A DNA stretch of 64,000 nt from Phoronis australis (Eukaryota; Animalia; Phoronida), in NCBI GenBank assembly GCA_002633005.1, contig NMRA01000714.1, forward strand, positions 56,708 through 120,707. Reading direction: 5' to 3'. Below are positions 13,832 through 26,899 of the stretch, one piece after another. A model generated the notes under the pieces. The model made no database searches. It was not told where the DNA came from and worked only from the letters and a program-made list of their open reading frames with translations. The translations under genes were made by a program, and so were the position numbers. Position 1 is the stretch's first letter, and each line of letters begins with the position of its first letter.

Positions 13832-14079
13832 CAGGGCTTGGAACTTTCCTATTTGAAGAGGATTTGCTCTTTTTGGTTTCTATTTCCTCTTATTTGATTT
13901 CCAGCTTCCTAATTTTGTCTCGTTTTTTCATTATTTAGACTTCATTCATGCATAAACGTTTATTTCAGTTAAATTTTACAACACAAAAATCTTGCTATTA
14001 CACAAGCCTATTTGTTTGTGGAACGATACATCACATTGAAAATGTTGCTCTTTTTTGTCATTGGTCAATCCAAGCCCTG
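13832..14079. mobile_element. ~250-bp MITE (CAGGGCTTGG...CCAAGCCCTG), host of the Harbinger insertion
   Basis: Terminal inverted repeat; TGTTTT flanks the composite at 12432-12437 and 14080-14085. Confidence 0.65.
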
Positions 14080-15100
14080 TGTTTTGGCGGGTATATATAA
14101 TGATCAACTTCAAAGTAATCAAAAGAATAAGAAGGACGTTTTTTTAAGCCAAGGATAAACGAACACTTAAAAATTCCAGTCCAACTACGGTATACATGTA
14201 GCTAGAGAAAACAGACTCTTGCATCATTTCAAGACTCGATTTTGTGAGGCGTCGCAAAATTAAATAAAAATAATTGCCTATCGCTATCGTGTGAAACGAA
14301 ATATCTAAAAGCAAGTCATATTTGCTAAGCAGCGCTCAGTATAATTTTAATCAACATCATTATGTTCCGCAGATATCTGTTAGTGGCTGGTACATGTAAC
14401 TATTCGCAATACCTCAGTGGCGCCAACTTGTTTTGTGTTAACTGAGGAGCTTAGTGTTGCAGTAAATGTTAAGGTTTTCACAGCGTTTTATATACGTAGG
14501 CGGTAGGGTAATTTCTATGGTTAATCTAACACCGACTAAGTTAACAATATTGTGTAATATACTTTTTATATTGTTTAATATTGTTTCTGGGGTACTGTAT
14601 TGTCACAAATGGTACATTTTATTATTGAATAAGATTAGATTCCCGGTTGGGGTTTCTGGTTTTCCTGTGTTTATTTTGATCGCTATCGACCAACATCAGC
14701 CTATATTTATTGCTGTGAAAAAGACGAAATGCCACTCATGGGATGGACGACAGAACAGTTGACCGCAAGCACCATAGATCTCGGGTCCTGACTAGCGGGA
14801 ATATAGAGACCTGTGATTCGATACCCCGTTGGAGTTCCTGATATTTCTGTGTTTATTCGACTTACTATACGTCAGCTTTGAATAATATGTACATGTTGGC
14901 CGATCGGTAAGTATGTTTTGTTGAAATATAAGCTAACTAACGGATAGTCTTGATCTTTTGTTGAAAGAAACTACGCATTTTCAGCTCATTGGTGTTGTGG
15001 TGCATGTAGAACTTGTCATATTTGGACTTCGAGTAATTCATCAAGGTATTCATTTGTCCTAAACGTCACTATTTTGAAAAACAACCAATCACACATCCAT

Positions 15101-15579
15101 GAACATCCCAGGGTAACATCTCCAAGTTTCGGTACAATTCGGACAGCCGAACATCCCAGGGTAACGTCTCCAAGTTTCGCTACAATTCTGACAGACGAAC
15201 ATCCCAGGGTAACGTCTCCAAGTTTCGGTACAATCCTGACAGACGAGCATCCCAGGGTAACATCTCCATGGTTTCGGTACAATATAGACAGACGAACATC
15301 CCAGGGTAACATCTCCATGGTTTCGGTACAATATAGACAGACGAACATCCCAGGGTAACATCTCCAAGCTTTGGTACAATCCAGGCAGACGAACATCCCA
15401 GGGTAACATCTCCAAGCTTTGGTACAATCCAGGCAGACGAACATCCCAGGGTAACATCTCCAATTTCGCTACAATGCTGACAGATGAACACCTCAGTGTG
15501 ACATCAAGTTTTGTTACTATCCTGACAGACGAACATCCCAGGATAACATCTCCAAGTTTCGATACAATCCTGACAGACG
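15101..15579. repeat. ~48-bp minisatellite, ~10 copies
   Basis: Unit GACGAACATCCCAGGGTAACATCTCCAAGTTTCGGTACAATCCTGACA with 47-49 bp variants. Confidence 0.95.
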
Positions 15580-16629
15580 GTATCAAGGCTGTTGTTTCAA
15601 GCGAGACCGGGCCGAGATCGCTGCCACTTTATGCTAACACATACACATTTGTGGGCATATGTTGTCGTCATGTCTGCCCGGGCGTCAGTACATCTTCTAA
15701 GCGTGAAAAAAACGCTCCCCAATTACAGTCTTGACAGAGCAGCTTATACGGGAAACGTATGCGAGATACGTCATTTTTCCACAAATTAAAAATCTTGAAC
15801 AAATAAACTTAAGTTTCCGTCTTACCCAAGTCAATTATGTAAAGCCACTTCATAGAAGTGAGGAAATGTTCTGTTTGGGAGGTGCAAAAACAATTACATT
15901 GAATCTTGCCCTGTTCCGATCGAGTCGGGAACAATGTTTGACCGACTATCATTAGTTACTCCATGACCTGATTCATTGCTCTGTACTAGAGGATCTCTAG
16001 CTTTGAAAATCTAGCGATTTCTTACATATTTTGGCAGACGTAGACAAATGTTTGCAGGGCCTGGGTACGGGGTCCAATCTTTTACTCGAAATTACTTTTA
16101 GTATTTCTGATTTACTTTTGTGTGAACTCCAGATGAGTGTCTATTCTTCTAAGTTCGAGTACTTAATGGCTTTAGGTGATTAACTGTGTAATCCTAATTT
16201 GCGCTTGATGACCCCAACAAAAATACTAAAATTTTGATTCTGAACTCAAAATTCGAGTTTTTACTCGAAAATGGGATTTCCTTGCGCTTGTACATGTAGC
16301 TTGAGCATACGGGTCACTAAGACAGGGAACTCCTAATGCAAAAAACATAGTGCACTCGAGTTGAACATTTATTAAAAAGATTAAGATCTCGGGCTAAGGT
16401 CTTTCCATCATCAGAGCTGGGAAATTCAAATCCTTTCAAAACTAAGCGGCTAATAAAATTTCTTAATTTGTTGATGTTTAATTTTCTCTTTTTCTTTTTT
16501 ATTTTCTGCACCAGGCGGAAAGGTTACATGTCAGTAACCAGAAGTTGTACATTTCCGAAGGTGCTCCCTCCATGTAACAGATTCATGGGAAGCGTAAAGG
16601 CTCCGAAGGCAGGTAGTAAATAAAAGACA

Positions 16630-16860
16630 ATTGCAGGCGATCCGATACACGTTGTAGCAGACGTGCGCTGAGCGCTCATGTGGACCCATTGCACCGATCA
16701 CCTGCCACCATTTTTATGTTTTATTAATAAATAGTTAAAACCGAGCTGAGGAGATAGAAACCTGACTGAGGGTTTTGCAGTGTGACCGAGTAGAACTCGA
16801 ACCCGCGACCTCGAGTAAAGAAAGCGGGCACCTATCATATTAGGCCACACTGCCTCCTTC
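16630..16860 (-). mobile_element. tRNA-derived SINE
   Basis: A-box-like GTGTGGCCTAAT and B-box GGGTTCGAGTTC; homologous to 36816-37030. Confidence 0.75.
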
Positions 16861-17399
16861 AGGTAGCAAATAGTTTTACATTTTAATCCCTCTATCCGCT
16901 CCTACAAATTACACGATGTGACCTGAATTGTTTGTGGATTTTTCGCCATGTTAATTACTGGCCCGTTTTCTTGCTTCACGCTCTTGGTGGCTTCAGGGAG
17001 TGCAAAGATAAGGGTTGTAATTTACTGAACTAAACAGTTTTACAAAAAATTTAAAATGTTGTTCATACAACCAGTGTTTGTAGTAATGTTTATCTGACAA
17101 CGCATGGTGCTAATTTTTAATGCGCTTATAGATTAAAAAACATATTAATAATTCGTCTGTTGCGTTAATATTGCGGCATATCAATTTTTACGAGAAAATG
17201 CAGCCAAAAGTAATATTTAAGCCCAACATGAGAGACAACCTGCTGACTCATTGTTTTTCATCCACTTGACAATTTTAATTCAACAATAATAAATTTGTCA
17301 ACATCCATCACCTTCATTTTCCCGCGACTAGCTCCAGTTCTCCTTTGGAAAACACCAACTAAAGTTTACCAAAATTGCATATTTACCCATTGAGGTTAA

Positions 17400-19305
17400 A
17401 GGAGAATGCCACCCAAAAAACAACCTAATTTGTATCAATTTAGATCGAGTAGTTCTACTCCATAACGACACGTACGATTGCGTTACTTGACCCCTGACGG
17501 CAGACGGAGGTGTTGAAATCGTCCAATTACGTCATCGGTTTCATACGCGGTCTGTTCAGCAGTTCACAACAAGGGTTACTGGTGTCAGCTTATTGCTTGA
17601 AGACATCGTTTAACACCAATAAATCATCAAACTTCGATGTAAAACCCTTAAAAGTACACCGAGTTCTTATAAAAACGTGTTTTCGTTCTTACGGATTTAT
17701 TGGTATTTGGACACACCGTAGCCTACAAAGTTCGGTAGGCCAATAAGGTCCGTAGCAGGAGTTTGGGGTGTGTTCGGAGATAATTTCGAAGTATTTTCCG
17801 TGAGATACGGACAGGAAAACCTAGATCTGTGTTGTTTAGACTTGTGATTTTTTGAGTTCTAAACACAAAACGCTTGTTATCCTGGCCAGTGGCTCGAAGT
17901 CCGATCAGGCGCGTCGCGGCCGGCCGAATTGACTCCGGCGTTATCCAGGCCAGTGACTCTGAAACTGATCAGACATCGCGAACATAATCCAGCCAAAGTT
18001 CAGTGGAAACTAAACTTCCAGTCAAGAAAATACTATACTAGTGAGCCAAAGTAATGTGCACGTGATTATGTTGGTGAATTAGCCACGAAAATGCAAATCT
18101 ACTTACTCGTCTGTGGCCGCGAATTCAGGTTCCGCTTTGGCCACAGCACCGTCAGGGCAGAAGTTGTACATTTACAATCATTATTTGAGTAATGGTAAAT
18201 GTAAATAAAGATTCCCCTAACACCTGGCCGTGGGATTGACATCTAGTTGTTTCACAACAGTTTCTGCCAGCAAACACTAAATTAGCTTGAGCTCACATTG
18301 CCTCGGTGTCCCGTCAATTAGTTTTATAGCACCTAAAGCCGGTAACGCAGTGATTTATTCATTGCTGGCTTCTCAAACCATTTGCACTCACGAACATTCT
18401 AAAGGCATTAAAAATTGCATCTAATGAGACAGACTTTTTTCAGTTTTATATAGGTATTGGTTAGGGTGAGAATAATTCGTTTTGAAACAGAACGCTCAGT
18501 AATAAACGCCAACATGGCAACTCGCAGTCCCGACTTAGGACGAGCTAGAGCTCATCAGTCCCGATTTCGCAGGTGGATCGTTAAGTTTTACAGGCTATCA
18601 ATTCGAACAGGAATACGGTGATGAAGAAATACTAGAGAGGCGCCGTGAACAAGCTTAGACAACGGAACGTATGGAGTTATTTGGTAAGCCGGCATTCGTC
18701 AGACACTGTCGACGTCTGCAGGCTACAGACACGGAGATGTTTCACGGCCTCATACTTGCTATTTACAGCGTACATTTCATTATTGACTACCAGGAGACAC
18801 TTCCTAAGTGTAACGTCGTCGGTATACGACGTATAAAAACCAATTGAATGATATAAGAGTTATATTATCAAAGTATTCAGCATTAAAGCAAACGACATCC
18901 AAGTGACTAAAACACATGCAAGAAAACTATTTATACACGCTAAGAATATACGTCATAGTGACACGTGATTAACAGTCATACATTTAAGTGCTACCGGAAC
19001 TATAAACATCTGGTAGAAATTCAATACATGACACTTAAGAATTTCGGACTCTCGAGAAAGTAAAAAACACGATATACCCGCTTTCCTCGCAGGTGCTTAG
19101 TTCGGACAAGCGGGAACGATGAACCGCAACATAGCGGCATTCACTCTGCATATGAACCCTGACGTCGCTAGCGTCGTTTGTCATCTTCCTCACAGGTTAA
19201 CGCGACACCTCTTGGCAAGGTAAGGTCGACCGTATGAGAGGCGATGTGGATATAGACCGATTAAGACGGCAAAAAAAAACTAATTAAATCGGGTGGCATT
19301 CTCCT
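17400..19305 (-). mobile_element. Kolobok-like THAP family element, copy A (both ends intact)
   Basis: TTAA on both sides (17396-17399, 19306-19309); TIR AGGAGAATGCCACCC / GGGTGGCATTCTCCT; decayed THAP on minus strand ~18640-19140. Confidence 0.9.
18808..19034. mobile_element. 227-bp insertion interrupting the THAP remnant of copy A
   Basis: Absent from the 48-kb copy (CTTCCTTAACAATTT); bounded by TAA|GTGT...ACAC|TTAA. Confidence 0.6.
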
Positions 19306-19441
19306 TTAACGCCATCAGCTCCACTGTGCGACCTGCAATGCGCATTATAGGCTAAGTCAGTCTGTCGCAAGCCGCCAGCCAATCCATAACCTACATGTAC
19401 GTACACTACGACTAAGCTGATAATGCGAACTGGTTCATGAA

Positions 19442-21511
19442 AGAAGAATGCCGCCGAATAAACAATAAGCTCAATTTAGATCGAGTAACTCCACTCGATA
19501 CCCGCAAGGTCATTTCTTTTACCAGAAGGCAGACGGAGATACTTGTACGTCACAGGTTCTAACACAGTCTGCTGTGCAGTCTATAAGATGGTTAGTGGTC
19601 AGTGGCGGATCTAGGATATCACAAGGGGGGGCAACATTTTGTCCGGCTGTAAGCATTTGCGCAAACCACGAATGTAGATACGCATAGCACCGAATGGTGG
19701 GAGGTCGGGAGGGGGGCAAGCCCAGGATTTTTTTCTGTTTTTTTCCGCTAAAAATAAAGCATTTTTCTTGATTCCTAAAGTATTATTCAAGAAAAAAAGG
19801 CAAAACAAACACGGAGAACGTGTCAATCAGGAAAACGTGCAAGTACCACAGACTCAAACTCATGACTTGGCGGAGAGAGCGCGCGTGTCTTACCACTACA
19901 CCACCACGATTTAACTACTAATCTTATATCATGAGACTTACTTATTTATGGTCCACAGCGTTTGCACACGAAACCTACTTCTTTTTGTAATGTTTACTGC
20001 ACGTTTTATATTTTGTGCAATCAGTTCTGAACAAATTTGTTGTATATAAAATAGTCTTCAAATGCCCAAAAGACCAAATCCGTTTTTCGTGTTGGCAATA
20101 ATGACGGGATTGCTTTGGAAATCGTCTTAAGTTAAGGTTTGACAAAGAGAGAATTATGAGTTTCCTCCGCAAACACTAAACTGCACACGTTTAAATCTTG
20201 ATTCATCCGCATGATTTTAATTACCGGGGTTAATTAATAAACTCAACATTTCCCTACGCTCTTGGTGTTTTATTTTTTTGCAGCAGCCAAGGGAGGGATC
20301 CCTGCCCCCCNCCCCCCCCCTAAATCCGCCTATGCTGGTGTAATCATCAAAAGTCGATTTAAAACCCTTACAAATACATTGAGTTTTTAAACAAATGAGT
20401 TGTTTTATGTCGCTGATACGGATTTATAGAAATTTTGAAATCACCATAGCCTACAAAGTTCGGTAGGCCAACTTACCAAGATCGGTCGCGGGAAGTTTGG
20501 AGTCTGTTCGGTGATAAATTGTAATTATGCTTCCGTGAAATACAGTGTGTTATAATTTTAGACTTGCGATTTTTTTCAGGTCTAAACACAAAACGGCCGT
20601 TATAAACTAGTGGCTCGGAACACGAACAGGCCTGTCGCGGCCGGACAGGAGACATTACGAACATATACCAGCCGAGTTAGTCGAATGCAGTGGCTGAAAC
20701 CTAAACTTTCAATCACGAAAAGACTAGACTAGGGAACCAAAAGAAATAATGTGGACGTGAATATTTTAGAAAATTCGCCGCGAAATTGCAAATCTGCTTG
20801 CTCGTCGGGGGCCGCGAAACTAGGTTCCCTTCCACAGAACCGAACAGGGAAAAGATGAATAATGTACGGTACCTAAATAAAGATTCCCCCTAACACCTGA
20901 CCATAGCATGTAAAATCGAGTTATAATTCATTTATGTCATCAAACACTGAATTAGCATGAGCTGACACGGGTAGCCGCCCGGGCAATCAATTTTATTGCA
21001 CTTGAAGCCGTTAACGTAGTACATATATGATTTATTCATTGTTGATTTCGCAAAACATTTGCACTCAAGAACACTCCTAAGGCATTACAACTTGTATCTA
21101 CTGAGACAGACTTTGACACTTTCAGGCTTTGTATGAGCTTTATATAAACATTGGTTAGGGTGAGAATAATTCGTATTGAAACGGAACAATGTCGGATACA
21201 AGCACGGAGACTCGTTCTTTACTGCCGGGGACCACTTAGTACGAAGCTTTCAGGTTTTCGAGGAAATCGAAAAAACGATATACCCGCTTTCCTCGCAGCT
21301 TCGTGGTTCGCACAAGCTGGAACGATACGAAACGCCATAGCGACAAGCACTAAGCTTAAGAACCTCTGACGTCGATACGTCGTGTACTCCCCTAACTCAC
21401 AGGTTAACGTGACATCTTTCGGCGAGGTGAGTTCGATTGTATACGAGGTGATGTGGATATAGACTGGTGAAGACGGTAACAAAAACTAAATAAATCGGGC
21501 GGCATTCTCAT
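19442..21511 (-). mobile_element. Kolobok-like THAP family element, copy B (diverged, with nested insertion)
   Basis: Degenerate TIRs AGAAGAATGCCGCC / GGGCGGCATTCTCAT followed by TTAA; internal homology to copy A; THAP start IVPACAN..AGISFFRFP. Confidence 0.8.
19600..20334. mobile_element. hAT-like MITE containing an antisense tRNA-like segment, nested in copy B
   Basis: CAGTGGCGGATCTAGG...TAAATCCGCCTATG termini; imperfect 5-bp TSD GTGGT/CTGGT; homologous to 61717-62291. Confidence 0.7.
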
Positions 21512-23131
21512 TTAACGCCTAAACAAAAGACAGAATATCGTAATCATATGACATGCCCTGCGTTTGAGAAGGATCCTTGTACATGTATGGAATCTTACTA
21601 TCCGGCAAGTGATATTCAGGACCGCCTTGATCGAAGAGGCTGGCTGCGGATTATCAACAAACCCTGGGTATGAAACGCGCACCACTGACGTGTTCTAACT
21701 CAACAGAAATATGTTTGTACCAAACCGCACATTTTGCAGAATAACCCGCAATTCCTTTACATAACAACATTTTGCACAATTACGCTTCCTCGAGCAGGCC
21801 ATGAAAATGGTTGAATGTTCGTTGACAGGGCAAAGTCTAAACCAGAACCTTCGTTGTAAACACAGGTAGTTTTTCAGTTTTCTATCGCCTACTCTCTTGG
21901 CTGCAACAGACTCCCTCATCGTTGTTGTTCACGTGACGGCTGCACAGGTAGTTTAACAACAGCTGGACATGCTGAAAGAAATCAAAACAGTTGATAAGGT
22001 TACATTTCGCCCCCGTTTAGCTGCTAATGTTAAATTCTCAACACAACTGCTAGTTCGAACTTGTAGTTGCTGAATGAGCCGACAAATGCAATCTCAGGGA
22101 ATTCGTGCAATTTATAGGATTGACCAAATCCGATGAAGTCGGTGACTTTTCTGTCCTTCTTTGTAATGGAAATAGAGTTTACGATGAGAGCGATTTTATG
22201 GGAGTACTTTCAAATAAAAAGTGTGTGGTAGATGTGACCAAGTCAGATGCAGCTCGTCTGCCAGTCAAGATTATAGTTCTCCTGTGCAAGAAATTCGAGT
22301 AGAATCATTAACGCGAACCTCGGGCTAACACAAGGATACGCAATCGATCTGCATATTAACCAAACAAATAAAAACGCCATGGCCGAATTTTCTTTTTTTC
22401 ATATAGACTTTGTTAGGACCCTAAATTCAAATTTAAACCACTGCTGGTAACGCGAGTAGACATCGTAGTGAACAACAGACACACGCCGGGCCGCTGGGAT
22501 GACACGGCAGCTAGCAAAAATACAAAGAACCAGAAGCAGGCCAGTGACCTGAATCATGGAGCCAACGTACAACGGCGAGAGATTTCATCTGTGATCAGTC
22601 GATTAGTAACTTTACATGACCGCGAGGACCACTGCGTAACAGGTTTACCCAGGTGGTGCATTTGATTAGTTCTTGATTGAAATTATGCACATGTACTGAA
22701 ATCATACATGATTCTAATAAATGTGACCAGTCCGTTAGGACTATAACACTATTATTTGTCTAGAATAGCGCAACAAATACATGTAGCTAAAACATCGTAT
22801 TTATAAGAGTAATAATGAAAACTAATAAACTGTTTGAAGCCTTCTTCTAAATAATTGTTTCACATGATACCCTTCTAAGTCGAGAGAAGACTTAATTGTA
22901 ATAATCCGGAAAACTGTCTCCTGAGGAACTCAGGAATGTTCATTTGAATGTGAAACATCCAGGTCTTTTGCACAGCTGAAACGAGAACAGTGTGCATTTG
23001 TTCTTAACATTTGATAAGTCTGGTTTCCTCAAAATAAATACATTTATAAAACAATATTAGCGTCAAATGGCAGATACAACCGTGTAATAACCCATAAAGT
23101 TATCTCACTAGTGAAATAACGATTTGGCGGG

Positions 23132-23205
23132 AAAACGAGGACGGGGTCGAACCCGGGACCCTGAAATTGCTGGTCGCCGACTTTACCACTACACCACGCA
23201 GCGAC
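23132..23205 (-). mobile_element. tRNA-like SINE head / tRNA pseudogene
   Basis: A box TGGTGTAGTGG and B box GGTTCGACCCC present, but no acceptor-stem pairing. Confidence 0.55.
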
Positions 23206-23741
23206 TGACGTCATCAAGATTGAAAATAGAATACTTAAATGAGCACGCGCAATAATCCCATGTTCAACAAACCGCATTGTACTGTACTTATACGCTACGA
23301 AAAATAAGACACATAATTTCCATAAAAATGATATCTTAATTCGGTGAATTTTTTCTCTCATGTCCTCTTACTTGTAAATCACTGATCTCTAGTTTGAATG
23401 CGGGTATCGTGTGGTCAGGATCTGGTAACCTACTTTAGCAGACGATAATTTCCTGGTCAAAGCTTAGCGTGAAAAAAACGTGTTTTAAGCTATAATAGTT
23501 GGTAAGCCTTAATTTATTCATTCAATTTATTTCTATAATATTTAAGTTTTCAATTGGTTTTGAGTAAAAGCATTATTTGACAAAAATAGCCGGGCTTTTC
23601 TTAAAAGGTCACGACCTCCGACCCTGGCCTCTGACATAGAAAGTTGTTACAAAGCCGTGGAGAGTCAGAAAAGTTAAATCGATTTATTGCAATGTTTCTC
23701 GTTTAGGATGTGGTATAAAGAGATTATTACATGTTCTCAGC

Positions 23742-23860
23742 CGTTATCCCCCTTATCTAGAGCCCGAGTGGATTTTGGAGAATTATCGCCCGAGGGGCGT
23801 TAGTCCCGAGGGTGATAATTCTCCAAAATCCACTCGGGCTCTAGATAACGGGAGATAACG
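23742..23860. repeat. Near-perfect hairpin (~40-50-bp arms)
   Basis: TTATCTAGAGCCCGAGTGGATTTTGGAGAATTATC ... GATAATTCTCCAAAATCCACTCGGGCTCTAGATAA. Confidence 0.9.
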
Positions 23861-24274
23861 ACTTCGCCAGTCAAGAAAATATGATAATAGGAAAATAGCC
23901 AGCACTCTTTAAAAAGATGAAGACAACCACTGCACCGTAGGAAGGAATTGCGTAGCCTGCTTGTCTCAGTGCCAGTCAGTAATTGACCTACAGTCAGAAT
24001 TTCGAGTGACGGTTTAACTGGCCAATCAGAACGCAACATTCTTGACGCACCCGTGTTTCCAAGCCGCCATTTTACCCGACAAACAACACGTTGTCGGATA
24101 AAACTTAATGTTTGTTTGTTTGTTGACTTTTCGCAAGGGGCGGAGCTTGCGATACATGTCGGTCGATTGCTTGTGGATGGGTATTTGAAAAAATGACGCT
24201 ATCTTTACTACACCAAAATTTAATTTCTAAGTGATACAAGAAAATGTCCATAAATTTCAAAATTAATTATTTAA

Positions 24275-25260
24275 AGGAACAGCAAGACCGTGATCTAGCA
24301 AGCTGATTTCAGACCTTTCAAATGCGGTAGAAGGGAAATGCGTGAAGACCTCCGCAGAAAAATAAGGCATAAACTTGTTGCAGTCACTCATCTCCAAAAC
24401 TCGTAAAAATATGTTAAACAAATCGTGGCGAATCTACTTCTCAGGGATGTTAACGTGACAGTTATTAACACGGAATGCTGCAAAAACTTCCAGAAAAAAT
24501 AATCAGATTCTCTTTTTTCAGAAATACAGACGAAACAAAAACCCTTTCGTCTCATTACAGTTTTCAAATTCTCCGCACCTAATAATATACATGCTCGCAT
24601 GCCCTTAAAGAAGCCGGACTGTCCGCTGCTGGAAATCGTCGTTTTGTTTACATTGAAGTTCTACGTCTTACCATACGAGCAGTCCATACGAGCAGTGCTA
24701 AAATTGGCGTTATCACTGACCAAAATTTATCCTCAAAATGAAAAGTGGAAGAGAGACAATTTTACTGAAGCCGTTAGTGTAGTTCAAGTGGGCGTGAACC
24801 AAGCTCATTAATGCAAGCAATAATACACAACTTGTATATGTTCAGTACAGTAGGACGTCCCTCAGCAATCGCCGTGAACAACGTGCTTGAAGCTGTCAAT
24901 AGCGGAGTTGCAACGCCGCCATATTGGAAATGGGTCAGAATGTTGCATTCTGGTTAAGCCGGTAAACAAGTACGTCGGCAAGCGTGGGGGCGAACCGGCC
25001 ACAGAGAGGTTATAGGTGTTGTGTGCCTGGCATGCTATAATACCAGTTCTCGAGATAAAAAATTTAGTTACTATCTGTTTCCCAAGGATCAAGAACTGCT
25101 TTAAACATGGGTCAGAGACATCGGTAGAGCTGGTAGCAAAGGCCGACTTCGTGAATTCTTTCCGACTTCGTAGCATAAAGTATGCAGCGCTCATTTTGAG
25201 GGCGGCAAGAAAACGTATTGGAAACTGCCCAACACTATCTCCCTTCAAAGAAACAGTAAC
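24275..25260 (+). mobile_element. Truncated THAP-bearing transposon remnant (third family)
   Basis: TTAA|AGGAACAG start; THAP at ~25017-25245: RCCVP/ACYN..FSYYLFPKD..*TWVRDIGR..FFPTS*HKVCSAHFEGGKKTY; right end not found, so linkage of start and THAP is inferred. Confidence 0.7.
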
Positions 25261-26899
25261 AAATAATCCACGGCGGTTAGTAGTGAAAACTTGTTTTCGC
25301 TTGACCAGAACCAAGCCAACATGAGCAATTTTGAGGATATATGAATGCCTCTGCACAATCACCTGTTCTGGGTCAACTCACTTAACGTACGCACACTATA
25401 TGCATTAACGCGCTAAGATAAAGCGTGCAGAATATTGTTATTTACTTTCTGCAAAATTGTGGTGCATTGCTATCAAAAGTCGTTGTTAAATTACGATCAT
25501 TTTTCATAAAATTGTGTTGAAGTCCCAGGGCGAAATCTTGACGACCAATGCGTAGCTGCCGGTCTCGCAATCGTCGATAGGGCTTGAATTCTTGAATAAG
25601 AATACAGCTTCGACTCAACAAATTACCTGAAGTCCTCCTCAAGTTTTCCAAATAGCGTCTCTAAGATTTTTAAGTTCTTGTGGAGTCTGGATTAACTGCA
25701 GATTAAGTCCAAATCTGCGCTAGATTGTAGCCCGCAACTGTGACGAGAAAAATCTTTGGAGGAACACACATGTTGTTGTCACGTGACGTTTGTTTTGAAG
25801 TTTGTAAGCGTGTGTGTGTGAGAGTAAGCGTGCGTGTGCTTGTCATCAAGAGTTTCTTTGCCAGAGTAAATGCGATGTAATGATCTAGGTGTGCATTGTA
25901 CCCAAAGAAATTAACTCAAGCAGTCAAGCAGAGCGTGTTTTAATATTTAGCTTAGCACTTGCTGGCCTCATCTGCTAAAAAACGTTCGAGAATTTTTTCG
26001 GTAAGACCGATATGTCACTCATTGAGTCGCCGGGTGAGTGGATGCGTGACCGTAGTGTAACAGCTATTTTCCGGAAGATTTGGGGTGTAAGGGTGCGAAT
26101 GTATTCACTATCAGTGGGTCATTTTGACCTTAAAAACACCAATTATGATTAGTTAAATAATTTCTCTTAAAAATAATGCAAAAGATTTTTACGGTAATAG
26201 AAACTTTCGGAACTTAGTACCAATATTTATTTGCCGATGTTATGTTACCCGTTTCATGAATAGATAGTTCTCGACTAAATGTCTTCGATGACAGCCGGTA
26301 TATTATGCAGCGCGCGGAAAGAAACAGTGCAATCCCGCTGACAAGTACGCTGCGCCTCTTCAAAGTCCAGACTCGCGTAGTGGGGCACATCCCTTGCAAG
26401 AGCAGCAAAACTTCTGCGTTCTTTTTGAATCGCGGCGTAAGTAAGTGTACACGGACATAACGGTGAGGCTCGTGGTCTACAAATTCAGGACTCGTATCTT
26501 TCAATTGATAAATTGGAGACCGTAGGTAAGGGCATTTTCCGCATGTAGTTCATGGGCTGGGCGCTTACTTTAGCGAAGTCTGAAAACGCGTTGGGGCACC
26601 TGTTGGGGCATGGGCGCTTATTAGGGCGAATAGCGGCAGAATTACATGCAGCAGCGTAGTTTAATGCACACAAATCACACGTCGTGCAAACCAATCGGCC
26701 ATTCCGTTTTCCCTAATCAATACCAATAGCCTTTGCGCACCCTAATTTCCGGACATGCGCAATCGTTAAATCGATTCGGCTGCAACTCCGCTATTGGACG
26801 ACACTGGGCATGTGTAATGGTTGCCCAGTTTTGACCATTATACGTTATTGCACACCTTTCTGTGATTTCTGTGTGCAGCAGAGTCGGAGATGCGAATAT

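Noticed and set aside
15016-15734. Repeat ORFs and a CRISPR-like appearance
   Set aside because: Head-to-tail 47-49 bp units with no unique spacers and frameshifts between units; eukaryotic context and no cas genes
22105-22302. 65-aa ORF with plausible composition
   Set aside because: No motif, start or splice evidence
23132-23205. Functional tRNA gene
   Set aside because: A and B boxes present but acceptor and anticodon stems do not pair
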